Assembly (NCBI GenBank): GCA_016283195.1
Contig: JAEEML010000020.1
Coordinates: 1 to 33,110 of the forward strand
Length of the DNA: 33,110 bases
From: Deltaproteobacteria bacterium
GTDB lineage: Bacteria; JAEEML01
Reading direction: 5' to 3'
A model generated the notes under the pieces. The model saw only the letters and a list, made by a program, of their open reading frames with translations, was not told the origin of the DNA and did no database searches. Positions 7,609 to 16,956 of the stretch are shown here, piece after piece (position 1 is the first letter of the stretch; the number at the start of each line of letters is the position of its first letter). A program made the translations under genes and the position numbers.

Positions 7609-8925
7609 ATGCAAACACCTGAAATTTCCGGCTATTACAAAACCAGGCTGCCATCGGACATCCGCCTGGCCCAAATTGAGTTTACAAAGCGCACCGACGG
7701 CGTAAAAGCCCTAAATTGTGCTATAGGCAATGTTACGCTGCCCTTGCACCCGGCTATGCAAAAGCGCCTTGCGGCTCTTATGAGCGACCCGAAAAGCCCG
7801 TTTTTAGACGGCTCAGTGCAATATACCCCCACAGTGGGCCGGAGCGACACCCGTGAAGCCTTTTTAAAAATAATTGCTTCCAGCGGCTTTAGCACCCAAG
7901 GGCTCTTTGCCCATATCACCGACGGCGGCAGCGCCGCTATGGAACTTGTGCTTTTGGGCGTTTGCGGCGCGGCCGGCACTCATGAGCGCCCGCTCCTCTT
8001 AATAGATGCCGCTTATGTTAATTACCAGTGTCTAGCCGAGCGCATCGGCCGCAAAACCGTCTGCATCCGCCGCACTTTTGACAAAAAGAGCGGCAAATTC
8101 AGCCTGCCAGATTTAGAGGCTATGGAAAAGGTTATAGAAAAAGAGCAACCGGCGGCTATTTTGGTCATCCCTTACGATAACCCCACCGGCCACTTCTATA
8201 GCCAGGACGACATGGACACTTTAGGGCAAATAGCCGTGCGCCACAACATCTGGCTGGTGAGCGACGAAGCTTACCGCGAGCTCTATTACACCCCGGGCAA
8301 AACCAGCTCCATTTGGGGTATTACGGAAGAAAAAGTGCCGGGCATCAGCGGCCGGCGCATCAGCATTGAAACGGCCTCCAAAGTGTGGAACGGCTGCGGC
8401 CTTCGCGTTGGCGCCATCATCACCGACAGCGAACTTTTCCACGAAAAGGCCGTTTATGAATACACCGCCAACCTCTGCGCCAACCACATCGGCCAGTGGG
8501 CCTTTGCCGCCATTTTGGATGAATCTATGGCCGATATGCAGGCTTGGTATAAAAAGCAGCGCAGCTATTATTATGAAATGATGCAGGAATTTCGCAAAAA
8601 TGTTTTAAAGGAAGTGCCCGGAATTTTGGCGAGTAGCCCCGATGCTTCCATCTATTCCGTGCTTGATCTCTCCGACATAGTGCCCCAAAATTTCAGTGCC
8701 AATAAATTTGTCATGTATGCCAGTACCAAGGGCAAAGTTGCTCTGCCGGACGGTGATTACACGCTGCTTTTAAGCCCCATGAGCGGCTTTTACACAGTAA
8801 AAGCGGGCGAAGAAAATCCCGGCCGCGCCCAAATGCGCGTAGCCTATGTGGAATCGCCGGAAAATATGCGCAAAGTGCCTAAAGTTCTGGCCGGGCTTTT
8901 AAAGGATTACCTGGCTACTCTCTAA
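7609..8925 (+). CDS. PLP-dependent aminotransferase, class I/II (aspartate aminotransferase-like)
   Basis: DNPTG, SDEAYREL, SKVWNGCGLRVG (PLP lysine) and C-terminal R-V-A-Y motifs. AAGGA RBS. Confidence 0.9.
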   Translation: MQTPEISGYYKTRLPSDIRLAQIEFTKRTDGVKALNCAIGNVTLPLHPAMQKRLAALMSDPKSPFLDGSVQYTPTVGRSDTREAFLKIIASSGFSTQGLFAHITDGGSAAMELVLLGVCGAAGTHERPLLLIDAAYVNYQCLAERIGRKTVCIRRTFDKKSGKFSLPDLEAMEKVIEKEQPAAILVIPYDNPTGHFYSQDDMDTLGQIAVRHNIWLVSDEAYRELYYTPGKTSSIWGITEEKVPGISGRRISIETASKVWNGCGLRVGAIITDSELFHEKAVYEYTANLCANHIGQWAFAAILDESMADMQAWYKKQRSYYYEMMQEFRKNVLKEVPGILASSPDASIYSVLDLSDIVPQNFSANKFVMYASTKGKVALPDGDYTLLLSPMSGFYTVKAGEENPGRAQMRVAYVESPENMRKVPKVLAGLLKDYLATL

Positions 8926-10400
8926 AAAGTTATATTTTTGACTTTGTTTTTAGCTATAAAGCCCAAAACTTTATCCGGGCTGGCCACTTGTAAGCGGCCG
9001 TTTTCTGTGATTCTGGCGCAGTATGAGCCATCTTCTTGCAAGGTAAAGCGGCTTAGCTCTTTGAGCTCTTTATCTTCAAAAACGTGGGCATTTTTTACGG
9101 CCGCGGTCACCGGATGCCATTTGCGCCCTTCATCGCCGCCTTGCAAAAAGCCGCTGAAGATCCACCACACTTTGCCGTCGGCCGCTTCGATTTTGCTCCA
9201 ACCGGCTTCATTTTCGCTCAAAATGGTTACTTGATCGCCCTTTAATAAAAAGCCGCGGCGGTTTTCCGGGCAATTGGCCGAAGTTAACGGGCCGCCGGCG
9301 CAGGTTTTTACCCCGGCTGAAGTAGCGGCGTAAATGGTGGCGAGCGGCAGGGCGGGGCGGCTGTTCTCGCTAGCCGAATCTGTTTTGCTCGCAGGCGGTT
9401 TTGCCGCCACAGGCGCTTTATCGCTTGCGGCATCTGGAGTTGTTAATGCACCACTTGCCGGCTCCGCTGCGGGAGAGGTGGCCACTGCCGGCGCTTTTTC
9501 CTGCGGGCGGAAAAATAAATAGCCAGCCCCGCCAAGGATGAGCAGCAGCGCGCCGGCAATCAGCGGAATGGCTATGGCAGCCGAATTTTTCTTTTTAACG
9601 CGGTTCGGTGCCGCCTCAAAAGCAGAGCCGGACGGCAATTCGGCATGATCATTTATAAGTTCTGCACTGTTTATGCCTTTGGCTTCCAGTGTATAGAGGC
9701 GCTCGGCGCTTAAAAGGAGCGCAAGAGCACGGCTCGCTTTGCCGTGGGTGGCGGTGACAAACTCGGCCAGGGAATTATAAAAAAGCGGGTAATTAAGCTC
9801 GTTTAGGGCTTTAAGCGAGCTTAAAAAATCAGCAGTGAGTTTTTTGGCTTTTTGTTGTGCGTTTTTGCCTAGAGGCCTGGCCAGAAAATCATCTATAGCT
9901 CTTGAGGCTTCTTCGTGGCTGTCTATAGCGCCAAGGAGTCTTGGAAGAGTGGTGCCGTCGCTTATTTCTTCTGAAAGTTCCCTGGCTATATCCAAGGGGC
10001 TGGCCACTTGATCCACCAAGCCGGCGCGTTTTAGTTGCAAGTAATTATCTTTCCAGGCGCAATAATTTTGATAGAGCGCAAGGTCTTTGGCCTGTGGTTG
10101 GCTGGCCGCACATTCCAGAAAATCGCGCCTAATGGGCAAATAATTTTGCAGCAAAGCAGCAGTGTGAGCCAAATAGCGGCGAATTTTGCCTTGCCCGGCG
10201 GCATTACTCAAAAGTATGGCTTTAAGTTTTTCATCCGGTTCCCGCGAAAAAATAATATATTCCAGCAGGAGTTTGGCGGCACTTAAGGCATCCGGCAGTG
10301 GAAAAGCGGCATTAGCAAGCAAATTGTCTCTTAAGGCTTTTAGCTGTTTTTCTTCGCTGATATTATAAATAAATTCATTATATACGGCAGTGTGGCTCAT
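8922..10400 (-). CDS. Single-pass membrane protein with C-terminal SH3b-like domain(s)
   Basis: Helical N-terminal ~270 aa, KKK followed by a TM helix (IAIPLIAGALLLILGGAGYLFF), Ala/Pro linker, then GFLLKGDQVTILSENEAGWSKIEAADGKVWWIFSGFL, which fits the bacterial SH3 pattern. Confidence 0.7.
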   Translation of the reverse strand: MSHTAVYNEFIYNISEEKQLKALRDNLLANAAFPLPDALSAAKLLLEYIIFSREPDEKLKAILLSNAAGQGKIRRYLAHTAALLQNYLPIRRDFLECAASQPQAKDLALYQNYCAWKDNYLQLKRAGLVDQVASPLDIARELSEEISDGTTLPRLLGAIDSHEEASRAIDDFLARPLGKNAQQKAKKLTADFLSSLKALNELNYPLFYNSLAEFVTATHGKASRALALLLSAERLYTLEAKGINSAELINDHAELPSGSAFEAAPNRVKKKNSAAIAIPLIAGALLLILGGAGYLFFRPQEKAPAVATSPAAEPASGALTTPDAASDKAPVAAKPPASKTDSASENSRPALPLATIYAATSAGVKTCAGGPLTSANCPENRRGFLLKGDQVTILSENEAGWSKIEAADGKVWWIFSGFLQGGDEGRKWHPVTAAVKNAHVFEDKELKELSRFTLQEDGSYCARITENGRLQVASPDKVLGFIAKNKVKNITF

Positions 10401-10442
10401 AATTCTAAAGCCCTCCCCGGGCCTTTATAAGCTGCCTTTTTG

Positions 10443-10451
10443 ATTATAGCA
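10443..10451 (-). promoter_or_regulatory. Extended -10 element (TGcTATAAT) for the 8922..10400 gene
   Basis: Reverse complement of attatagca is TGCTATAAT, about 43 nt upstream of the ATG, which has a GGGAGG RBS. Confidence 0.55.
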
Positions 10452-10522
10452 AAAATCGGGCGGATATTATGGGATAGCGGCTGTTTGCTGCCGGGGGTGC
10501 AATGCGGTAAGCAAAAGAGTAA

Positions 10523-10731
10523 TCAGTTGGAATTCTTGATGCAGCGCACGGATTTGCCCTGTGCCGCTTTGCCCCCGCCTTCTACCTGGGAGTTAAAGTT
10601 TTCCGTCAGGGAGAAGTAATAAAACAGGTTATTGCCGCTGGTATCGGCCGTGGTTGTCCAGAAATTGGTGTATTTGTCTTTGCCATACTGTATGCCATCG
10701 CCCATTAAAATACCGGTTGGTATATACGCAT
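10523..10731 (-). pseudogene. Truncated FISUMP (Fibrobacter succinogenes major paralogous) domain gene remnant
   Basis: The frame reads AYIPTG...NFWTTT...YYFSL...GKSVRCIKN*, matching the C-terminal part of 30388..31197 (GALPAG...KFWSNT...NYLNL...YSVRCLKD). An upstream AAGGAG RBS and ATG at 10731 open only MRIYQPVF*, whose stop overlaps the ATG at 10705. Confidence 0.7.
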
Positions 10732-11012
10732 TTTTACTCCTTAAAAGATTTTTTGCCCGTTAGTTAGAGAAGTAAGCTGCTCTAACAAAAGCAGTATGTT
10801 TTTTTGAGTCAACTAAAAAGAATAACCGCCTAAAATATAGGATAAAAGGTAAAATAAGCATGAAGCTGGCGGGTATCTGTTTTTTTGCCTCTTTTAACTT
10901 CTTCTCATTTGAGCTAAATAAGGGGCGCTGCCTTTGGGGCGGCTATAGAGCCGGCCACTCCATAATAATTCAACACTTTGGGCGGATAGGCTTTCCGCTT
11001 TTGAGGTATTTT

Positions 11013-12437
11013 ATGCCGCTTCCTTCTCTGGATTTAAGTAAAGGCGGGCGCGATTTTATAAACGATACCGCACTTACCGAACTACTCGCACAAAAAGAGC
11101 CGGATGCCGCCGAAGTGCGCGCTATTATTCAAAAAAGTTTAAATAAAGAGCCGCTTAATCTGGCCGAGACGGCTTCTCTTTTAAACACCAAAGATAAAGA
11201 GCTCATCGGCGAGATTTTTGAGGCGGCGCGCACTTTAAAGCGCACTGTTTATGGCAACCGCATTGTGCTTTTTGCGCCGTTTTATATTGGTAATAAATGT
11301 ATAAATGATTGCAAATACTGCGCTTTTAGAAGCTCAAATCACGATCAGATTCGCCGCACTTTAACACCGGAAGAGATAGATGCCGAAGTGCGCCGCCTGG
11401 AGCGAGTGGGCCATAAAAGGCTCATCATTGTTTTTGGTGAGAGCCCGCTTTATGACGGCGAATTTATCGCTAAATGTGTGGAGCAGATTTACAAGATAAA
11501 AGAGGGCCACGGCGGGGAAATCCGCCGCCTTAATGTCAATGCCGCGCCCATGGATATTGCAAGCTATAAGCGCATCAAGGCGGCCGGTATCGGTACTTAC
11601 CAGATTTTCCAGGAAACTTATCACCATAAAACTTACGAAAAATGGCATAATCCCCAAAATCGCAAAGGCAATTACCTGTACCGCCTGGATGGCCTCTCCC
11701 GCGCCTTGGAAGCGGGCTGCGACGATGTGGGACTTGGAGCGCTTATGGGCCTTTACGACTGGCGCTTTGAAGTCCTGGGCCTGGTTGCTCATGCCATAGA
11801 GCTCAAAGAGCGCTTTGGCGTTGGCCCGCACACTATCAGCTTTCCGCGCATTCAGCCGGCCCAGGGCGTGACTCCCGACCATAAGTATGCCGTGAGCGAT
11901 GACGACTTTATGCGCCTCGTGGCTACCCTGCGCCTCGCTGTACCTTATACCGGCCTCATTATGACAGCGCGGGAAAATGCCCGAGTGCGCCGCCAGGTAA
12001 TGGAATTCGGTGTTTCGCAAATTGATGCCGGCAGCCGTATAGAAATCGGCGGCTACACCGAAGGCGGCGAAAAACAAGCCGCCGAGCGTGAGCAATTTTC
12101 GCTTGGCGATATGCGCTCGCTGGATGAGGTAATGGGCGATTTACTGAAAAACGGCTTTTTACCCAGTTTTTGCACCGCCTGTTATCGCCTGGGGCGCACC
12201 GGCGAACATTTTATGGAATTTGCCATCCCCGGCTTTATCAAGCGCTTTTGCACGCCCAATGCCATCAGCACTTTGGCCGAGTATCTGGCCGATTACGCCT
12301 CACCGGAGACTAAAGCCGCCGGTCTTGCCGCTATTGAGCGCGAGCTGGCTGCTATGGAAGAGAGCCCGATGAAGGAAAAGTTAAAAGCACGGCTCAAAGA
12401 TATTGAAAACGGTGATTTGCACGATCTTTATTTTTAA
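11013..12437 (+). CDS. hydG: [FeFe]-hydrogenase H-cluster radical SAM maturase HydG
   Basis: Radical SAM CINDCKYC, YQIFQETY, GPHTISFPRI, and the C-terminal CxxC-x22-C auxiliary cluster motif (FCTACYR...KRFCTPNA) that separates HydG from ThiH. Start at ATG 11013 with GAGGT RBS (track start 10860). Confidence 0.93.
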   Translation: MPLPSLDLSKGGRDFINDTALTELLAQKEPDAAEVRAIIQKSLNKEPLNLAETASLLNTKDKELIGEIFEAARTLKRTVYGNRIVLFAPFYIGNKCINDCKYCAFRSSNHDQIRRTLTPEEIDAEVRRLERVGHKRLIIVFGESPLYDGEFIAKCVEQIYKIKEGHGGEIRRLNVNAAPMDIASYKRIKAAGIGTYQIFQETYHHKTYEKWHNPQNRKGNYLYRLDGLSRALEAGCDDVGLGALMGLYDWRFEVLGLVAHAIELKERFGVGPHTISFPRIQPAQGVTPDHKYAVSDDDFMRLVATLRLAVPYTGLIMTARENARVRRQVMEFGVSQIDAGSRIEIGGYTEGGEKQAAEREQFSLGDMRSLDEVMGDLLKNGFLPSFCTACYRLGRTGEHFMEFAIPGFIKRFCTPNAISTLAEYLADYASPETKAAGLAAIERELAAMEESPMKEKLKARLKDIENGDLHDLYF

Positions 12438-12566
12438 ACGCTGAGCTCGTTAATAGAGGCTTTTGCCGGGCAGAGAGAAAATTTAAATAGTTGATCTCTA
12501 CCGGCCCATGTGCTAAAGGAGGCTCTGGCCTTTTCGGCTAATCTTTGGTACTTTGGAGGTATCCAG

Positions 12567-12968
12567 TTGATTTTAAATAGTAATTTCTTAATAAATACCA
12601 TGCTGACAGCCGCACCGGCCAATGAGGCTGTGCCGGAGCAGCCCATGTGGCTGCAAATTGTGCCGCTTTTGCTCATGTTTGCCGTTATTTGGCTCTTGCT
12701 CATTCGCCCGGCCAATAAAAGGCGCAAAGAGCAGGAAAATATGATTAACAGCCTGCTAAAGGGCGATGAAGTGCTTACCGGCGGCGGTATTCTTGGGCGG
12801 ATTTACTCTATTGACAATAAAGGTATTGTTACTTTGGAAATCGCCGATAAAGTGCGCATTAGAATATTAAAGAGCCAGATAGCCGGGCGTTACAACCCCG
12901 ATGCTAATAATGGCGAAAATAATAACGAAAAAAAGGCGGATGAAACATCGTCTGCTGATAAAAAATAG
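12567..12968 (+). CDS. yajC: Preprotein translocase subunit YajC
   Basis: TM helix plus LIRP...KGDEVLTGGGILGRI; directly upstream of secD. Start is TTG 12567 after GGAGGT, or ATG 12600. Confidence 0.95.
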   Translation: MILNSNFLINTMLTAAPANEAVPEQPMWLQIVPLLLMFAVIWLLLIRPANKRRKEQENMINSLLKGDEVLTGGGILGRIYSIDNKGIVTLEIADKVRIRILKSQIAGRYNPDANNGENNNEKKADETSSADKK

Positions 12969-13000
12969 GGCCTTCCCACAAACAGCCGAGGAGATAACTG

Positions 13001-14827
13001 ATGAATAAAGTCTGGTGGGCCAAGTTTGCGCTTGTTTTAGCGCTGGTCGGATTAGCGGCATATATGCTCTATCCAAGTTATTACTACTTCTTTAAGGCCT
13101 CTGAAGCCGAAAAGGCTTCGCCCAAGGATTTTTGCGCGGCCATTCCTTCTTGGATGTCGTGCAAAAAAGTTAACCTTGGTCTCGACCTCCAGGGCGGTGT
13201 CCATTTGGTCATGGGCGTCGTGGTGGAGAAAGCGGTGCAAGATCGCGTTGATCGCATCGCCGACAATTTAAAAGAGGTCTTAAACGAGGAAAAGATTCCT
13301 TTTACTGCCATCACCGTGCCGGAAGCTAAAAATGCTCTTACGGCCGATGGCGAAGTGAGTCTCGACCTCAAAGCTTCAACGGAAATTGAAGTAAAAGCTC
13401 CGGTTGATAGCGCTAAAGCCATCAAAAAAGCCGTGCAAAAGAGTTATGGCAATTCTCTTGATGTCGTAGGCACCCGTGATGGCGGTGCTGTTACCGTTTT
13501 CGGTCTCTCCGAAAATGAGATTGATTATGTAAAAACCGAAGCGGTCGAACAAGCTATCAAAGCTATCCGCAACCGTTCCGATAAACTCGGCGTGGCTGAG
13601 CCTTCCATCGCCCGCCGCGGTGTGGATAATATCCTCATCCAGCTCCCTGGTATTAAAGACCCTGAGCATGCTATTGATATTATCGGCCGCACTGCTCAGC
13701 TGGAATTCAAAATTGTTGATGACGAAGCCAGTAGTTTCATGGAAAACATTGTTATTCCTGAAGGTTCCAGCGTTAAGCGCGAAGTTTCCGCGCATAACGG
13801 CCCCAAAGGTCAGGTTAAAGAAGTTTACTTGGTGGCGCCCACCAAGAGAGCTATTTTAGAGCTCGTAAACGGCAAAGTGCCGGCCGATAGAGAAATTGCT
13901 TTCAGCGAAGAGCTGGATCCCAAAACCAAAGAAGTTGTTGCTTACCGCACCTATCTTTTGCACCGCAAAGCCGGCATTACCGGTGATTATCTCACCAATG
14001 CCATGGTGCAACAAGACAACGAAACCCAAAGCTACTATGTCGCTATGAGTTTTGATGCTCAAGGCGCCAAAATATTTGAAGATTTAACCGGCGAACACAC
14101 CCGTGAGCGCATGGCTGTTGTTCTCGATGGCCAAGTCAACAGCGCTCCGGTTATCGAAGGCCGCATTGCCGGCGGTAATGCCCGCATTACCTTGGGCGGC
14201 TTTATGAGCTCCTCCGAGAATCTCCGCGAAGCTAAAGATTTGGTGCTGGTGCTCAAAGCCGGTGCTCTTCCTGCTCCTATCGTCATGCGCGAGCAGCGCC
14301 AGGTTGGTGAGTCGCTCGGCCGTGATTCCATCGAAGCCGGATCTATGGCTTTGGCTATCGGTTTTGCTCTCGTCTTCTTGTTTATGATTCTTTATTACAA
14401 AGGCTCCGGCCTGGTGGCCGATATAGCTCTTTTACTTAACCTGGTCTTCCTTTTGGCTGTCATGGCTATGTTTGAAGCTACTCTCACCTTGCCCGGTATG
14501 GCCGGTATCGTGCTTACCGTCGGTATGGCAGTTGATGCCAATGTTATTATTTTCGAGCGTATTCGTGAAGAACTTAGAAGCGGCAAAACCCCGCGCGCCG
14601 CTGTGGAAGCCGGTTACAGCAAAGCTTTCTGGGCTATTTTTGACAGTAACGTCACCACCATCATTGCCGGTATCGTGCTCATGCAATATGGTAGCGGCCC
14701 GGTGCGCGGCTTCGCTGTTACCTTGATTACCGGTATTATTTGTTCTATGTTTACCGCCCTGTTTGTCACCAGGATGATCTTCGATGGCAGAATGTCCCAT
14801 CGCAGCGTCCGTAAACTAAGCATTTGA
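13001..14827 (+). CDS. secD: Protein translocase subunit SecD
   Basis: LGLDLQGG, IRNR..LGVAEP, ILIQLPG, LKAGALP, GMAVDANVIIFERIREE, IFDSNVTT motifs. Confidence 0.98.
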   Translation: MNKVWWAKFALVLALVGLAAYMLYPSYYYFFKASEAEKASPKDFCAAIPSWMSCKKVNLGLDLQGGVHLVMGVVVEKAVQDRVDRIADNLKEVLNEEKIPFTAITVPEAKNALTADGEVSLDLKASTEIEVKAPVDSAKAIKKAVQKSYGNSLDVVGTRDGGAVTVFGLSENEIDYVKTEAVEQAIKAIRNRSDKLGVAEPSIARRGVDNILIQLPGIKDPEHAIDIIGRTAQLEFKIVDDEASSFMENIVIPEGSSVKREVSAHNGPKGQVKEVYLVAPTKRAILELVNGKVPADREIAFSEELDPKTKEVVAYRTYLLHRKAGITGDYLTNAMVQQDNETQSYYVAMSFDAQGAKIFEDLTGEHTRERMAVVLDGQVNSAPVIEGRIAGGNARITLGGFMSSSENLREAKDLVLVLKAGALPAPIVMREQRQVGESLGRDSIEAGSMALAIGFALVFLFMILYYKGSGLVADIALLLNLVFLLAVMAMFEATLTLPGMAGIVLTVGMAVDANVIIFERIREELRSGKTPRAAVEAGYSKAFWAIFDSNVTTIIAGIVLMQYGSGPVRGFAVTLITGIICSMFTALFVTRMIFDGRMSHRSVRKLSI

Positions 14828-14845
14828 TAAGGAGAAACGGTCACC

Positions 14846-16003
14846 ATGCAATGGATACCCTCCGATATTAATCTTCCCATTGTTGAGAAGAGCAAATACT
14901 TTATTTTTGTTTCGCTGGCTCTTGTGGCCATATCGATTATTGCTCTGGCCACCAAAGGCATCAATTATGGTATCGACTTTGCCGGCGGTTATGAAATCCA
15001 GGTAAAATTCGATAAAGATGTCGATGTTTCCGCCATGAAAAAGGCTTTGAACGAAGGCCTCCACATGGGAGAACCGGTGGTGCAACGCTTTGGCTCAGCC
15101 GATTTGCACGAATTTTTGATTCGCATCAAAAAGACCAAATCGGTTGACGACGCCTCTTTGCAAAAAGCCAAAAAAGCTTTGGAAGCCGCTGCCGGTGCCG
15201 ATGCTATTCAGGCTTTTAGCTATTCTTCCGAAAACGGCGAACGTGTCACTATTGAGGCTACTAAAACTATTGCCGATGAAGTGATTGCCAAAGCCTTTGG
15301 CGACCAAGCCTTAAAAGTGCAATCTGTTTCTGCTTCGCAGCGTCAGGATAAACCCGTTTACACTGTCACCTTGGTCTCTGTCGGTGATCGCGTCGATCAA
15401 ATCTTAAAGAGTGCTTTTAATATTGATAAAAAAGAATCGCTCTTAAGCCGTATGGACTATGTTGGCCCGCAGGTTGGTGAACAGCTCAGAAACCAAGGTA
15501 TCCAAGCTGTGCTCTATGCCCTCGTATTTATTTTGATTTATATCGCTCTGCGCTTTGATTTTCTCTTTAGCCCGGGCGCAATTCTCGCTTTGGTGCACGA
15601 TGTGCTTATTACTTTGGGCGTCTTTTCCATCTTTGGCCTCGAATTTAACCTGCCCACCATTGCTGCTCTTCTCACCATCGTTGGTTATTCGCTTAACGAT
15701 ACCATTGTTGAGTTCGACCGCATTCGTGAGCTTGTGGCCCACTTCAAAGATCGCCAAATTGATATAACAGTCAATCAGGCTATTAATAACTGCCTCTCCC
15801 GTACCATGATTACCTCGCTCACCACCTTCCTGGTGACCGTGGCTCTTTTAATTTGGGGTGGCAGCTCCATCTTTGACTTCTCCCTGGCTCTTTGTATCGG
15901 CGTTGTGGCCGGTACTTGGTCCAGTATTTTCATTGCTTGCCCATTCTACCTCTGGCTAAAACACAAAGTTGATGCCAAGGCTGCCGCAGCCAAAGGCAAG
16001 TAA
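14846..16003 (+). CDS. secF: Protein translocase subunit SecF
   Basis: GIDFAGG, VGPQVG, ALVHDV, GYSLNDTIVEFDRIRE, LSRTMITS motifs. Confidence 0.98.
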   Translation: MQWIPSDINLPIVEKSKYFIFVSLALVAISIIALATKGINYGIDFAGGYEIQVKFDKDVDVSAMKKALNEGLHMGEPVVQRFGSADLHEFLIRIKKTKSVDDASLQKAKKALEAAAGADAIQAFSYSSENGERVTIEATKTIADEVIAKAFGDQALKVQSVSASQRQDKPVYTVTLVSVGDRVDQILKSAFNIDKKESLLSRMDYVGPQVGEQLRNQGIQAVLYALVFILIYIALRFDFLFSPGAILALVHDVLITLGVFSIFGLEFNLPTIAALLTIVGYSLNDTIVEFDRIRELVAHFKDRQIDITVNQAINNCLSRTMITSLTTFLVTVALLIWGGSSIFDFSLALCIGVVAGTWSSIFIACPFYLWLKHKVDAKAAAAKGK

Positions 16004-16020
16004 ATTTAAGGACGCGGGCC

Positions 16021-16308
16021 ATGGTCGTAGGTGTGATGGAAATGACCTTCATTCTCTACGAGACCGCCTCTTTAAAAGACAAGCGTAGCGTTACTAAGCG
16101 CCTAATCAATCGTATCACCTCAAAATTTAATGCCGCCGCCGCTGAAGTTGACGATATGGATGCCCATTCCCATTGTGTCATCGGTGTGACGGTGGTGGGC
16201 AACGAGAGCAAATTTATAGCCAGTGTGCTCGATAACATTGAAAACTTTGCCGCTCTTTTGGGCCTTGCGGAGCTTTATTCCTGCGAGAAGAGCGTAGAAA
16301 CATATTAG
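16021..16308 (+). CDS. DUF503 (YlxP-like) family protein
   Basis: 95 aa with MVVG...SLKDKRSV...KFN...AEVDD.D.H pattern typical of DUF503. Confidence 0.88.
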   Translation: MVVGVMEMTFILYETASLKDKRSVTKRLINRITSKFNAAAAEVDDMDAHSHCVIGVTVVGNESKFIASVLDNIENFAALLGLAELYSCEKSVETY

Positions 16309-16317
16309 GAGTTTACT

Positions 16318-16953
16318 ATGACCAAACCTTTTATAATCGGTATTGCCGGTGGAACGGCCAGCGGCAAGACCACTGTGGCCCGCAAAATTATAGAGACTTT
16401 GCCCGGGGAGACCGCCTCTTTGCTGGATCTCGACAGTTATTATAAAGATCTGGCCGAGATGACTCTCGAAGAGCGCAAAAAACAAAATTTTGATCATCCG
16501 GAATCGTTTGATTTTGATCTTCTGGCCGATCATCTTTCGGCCCTTAGAGCCGGCGAAACAATCGAAAAGCCCATTTATTCTTTTGAGCAGCACACCCGTC
16601 TCCCGGAAACTACCACCATTCATCCGGCGCAAGTGATTATTTTGGAAGGCATTTTGGTGCTCTCACAAAAAACTTTGCGCGATTTACTGGATCTTAAAAT
16701 ATATGTCGATACCGATGACGATGTGCGCCTCTCGCGCCGTCTCACCCGCGATATTAAAGAGCGCGGGCGTACCTTTGACGGCGTAATGGAGCAATATTTT
16801 AAAACCGTGCGCCCCATGCATATTCACTTTATTGAGCCCACTAAGCGTTTTGCCGATATTATCATTCCCAATGGCGGCAGCAACGATGCTGCTGTGGATA
16901 TGGTTGTGGCCGGTATTAAAGGCAAACTCACGCAAATGTTCTTTGGCCGCTAA
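16318..16953 (+). CDS. udk: Uridine kinase
   Basis: IIGIAGGTASGKTT P-loop, DSYYKD, NFDHP, ILEGIL, VRPMH..FIEPTKRFADIIIP. Confidence 0.97.
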   Translation: MTKPFIIGIAGGTASGKTTVARKIIETLPGETASLLDLDSYYKDLAEMTLEERKKQNFDHPESFDFDLLADHLSALRAGETIEKPIYSFEQHTRLPETTTIHPAQVIILEGILVLSQKTLRDLLDLKIYVDTDDDVRLSRRLTRDIKERGRTFDGVMEQYFKTVRPMHIHFIEPTKRFADIIIPNGGSNDAAVDMVVAGIKGKLTQMFFGR

Positions 16954-16956
16954 TTC

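Noticed and set aside
10523..10705. Diversity-generating retroelement template/variable repeat pair between the FISUMP fragment and the 3' end of 30388..31197
   Set aside because: FISUMP domains are known DGR targets, but these two regions are similar only at protein-motif level, differ at non-adenine positions and in length, and no reverse transcriptase or Avd gene is in the window.
10805..10812. TGAGTCAA octamer upstream of both FISUMP genes (also 31315-31322)
   Set aside because: Only 8 bp, at different distances from the starts (about 74 and 118 bp), with no good matching -10 for the TTGACT reading. Could be chance.
10860..11012. N-terminal extension of hydG in the ORF track (also extended starts of apbE, yajC, Sel1, carD and the dehydrogenase)
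   Set aside because: Downstream in-frame starts have better RBS, promoter or gene-overlap context, and the extensions show no family similarity.
11013..12437. ThiH (thiazole synthesis) instead of HydG
   Set aside because: It has the C-terminal CxxC-x22-C extension typical of HydG, and there are no thi genes nearby.
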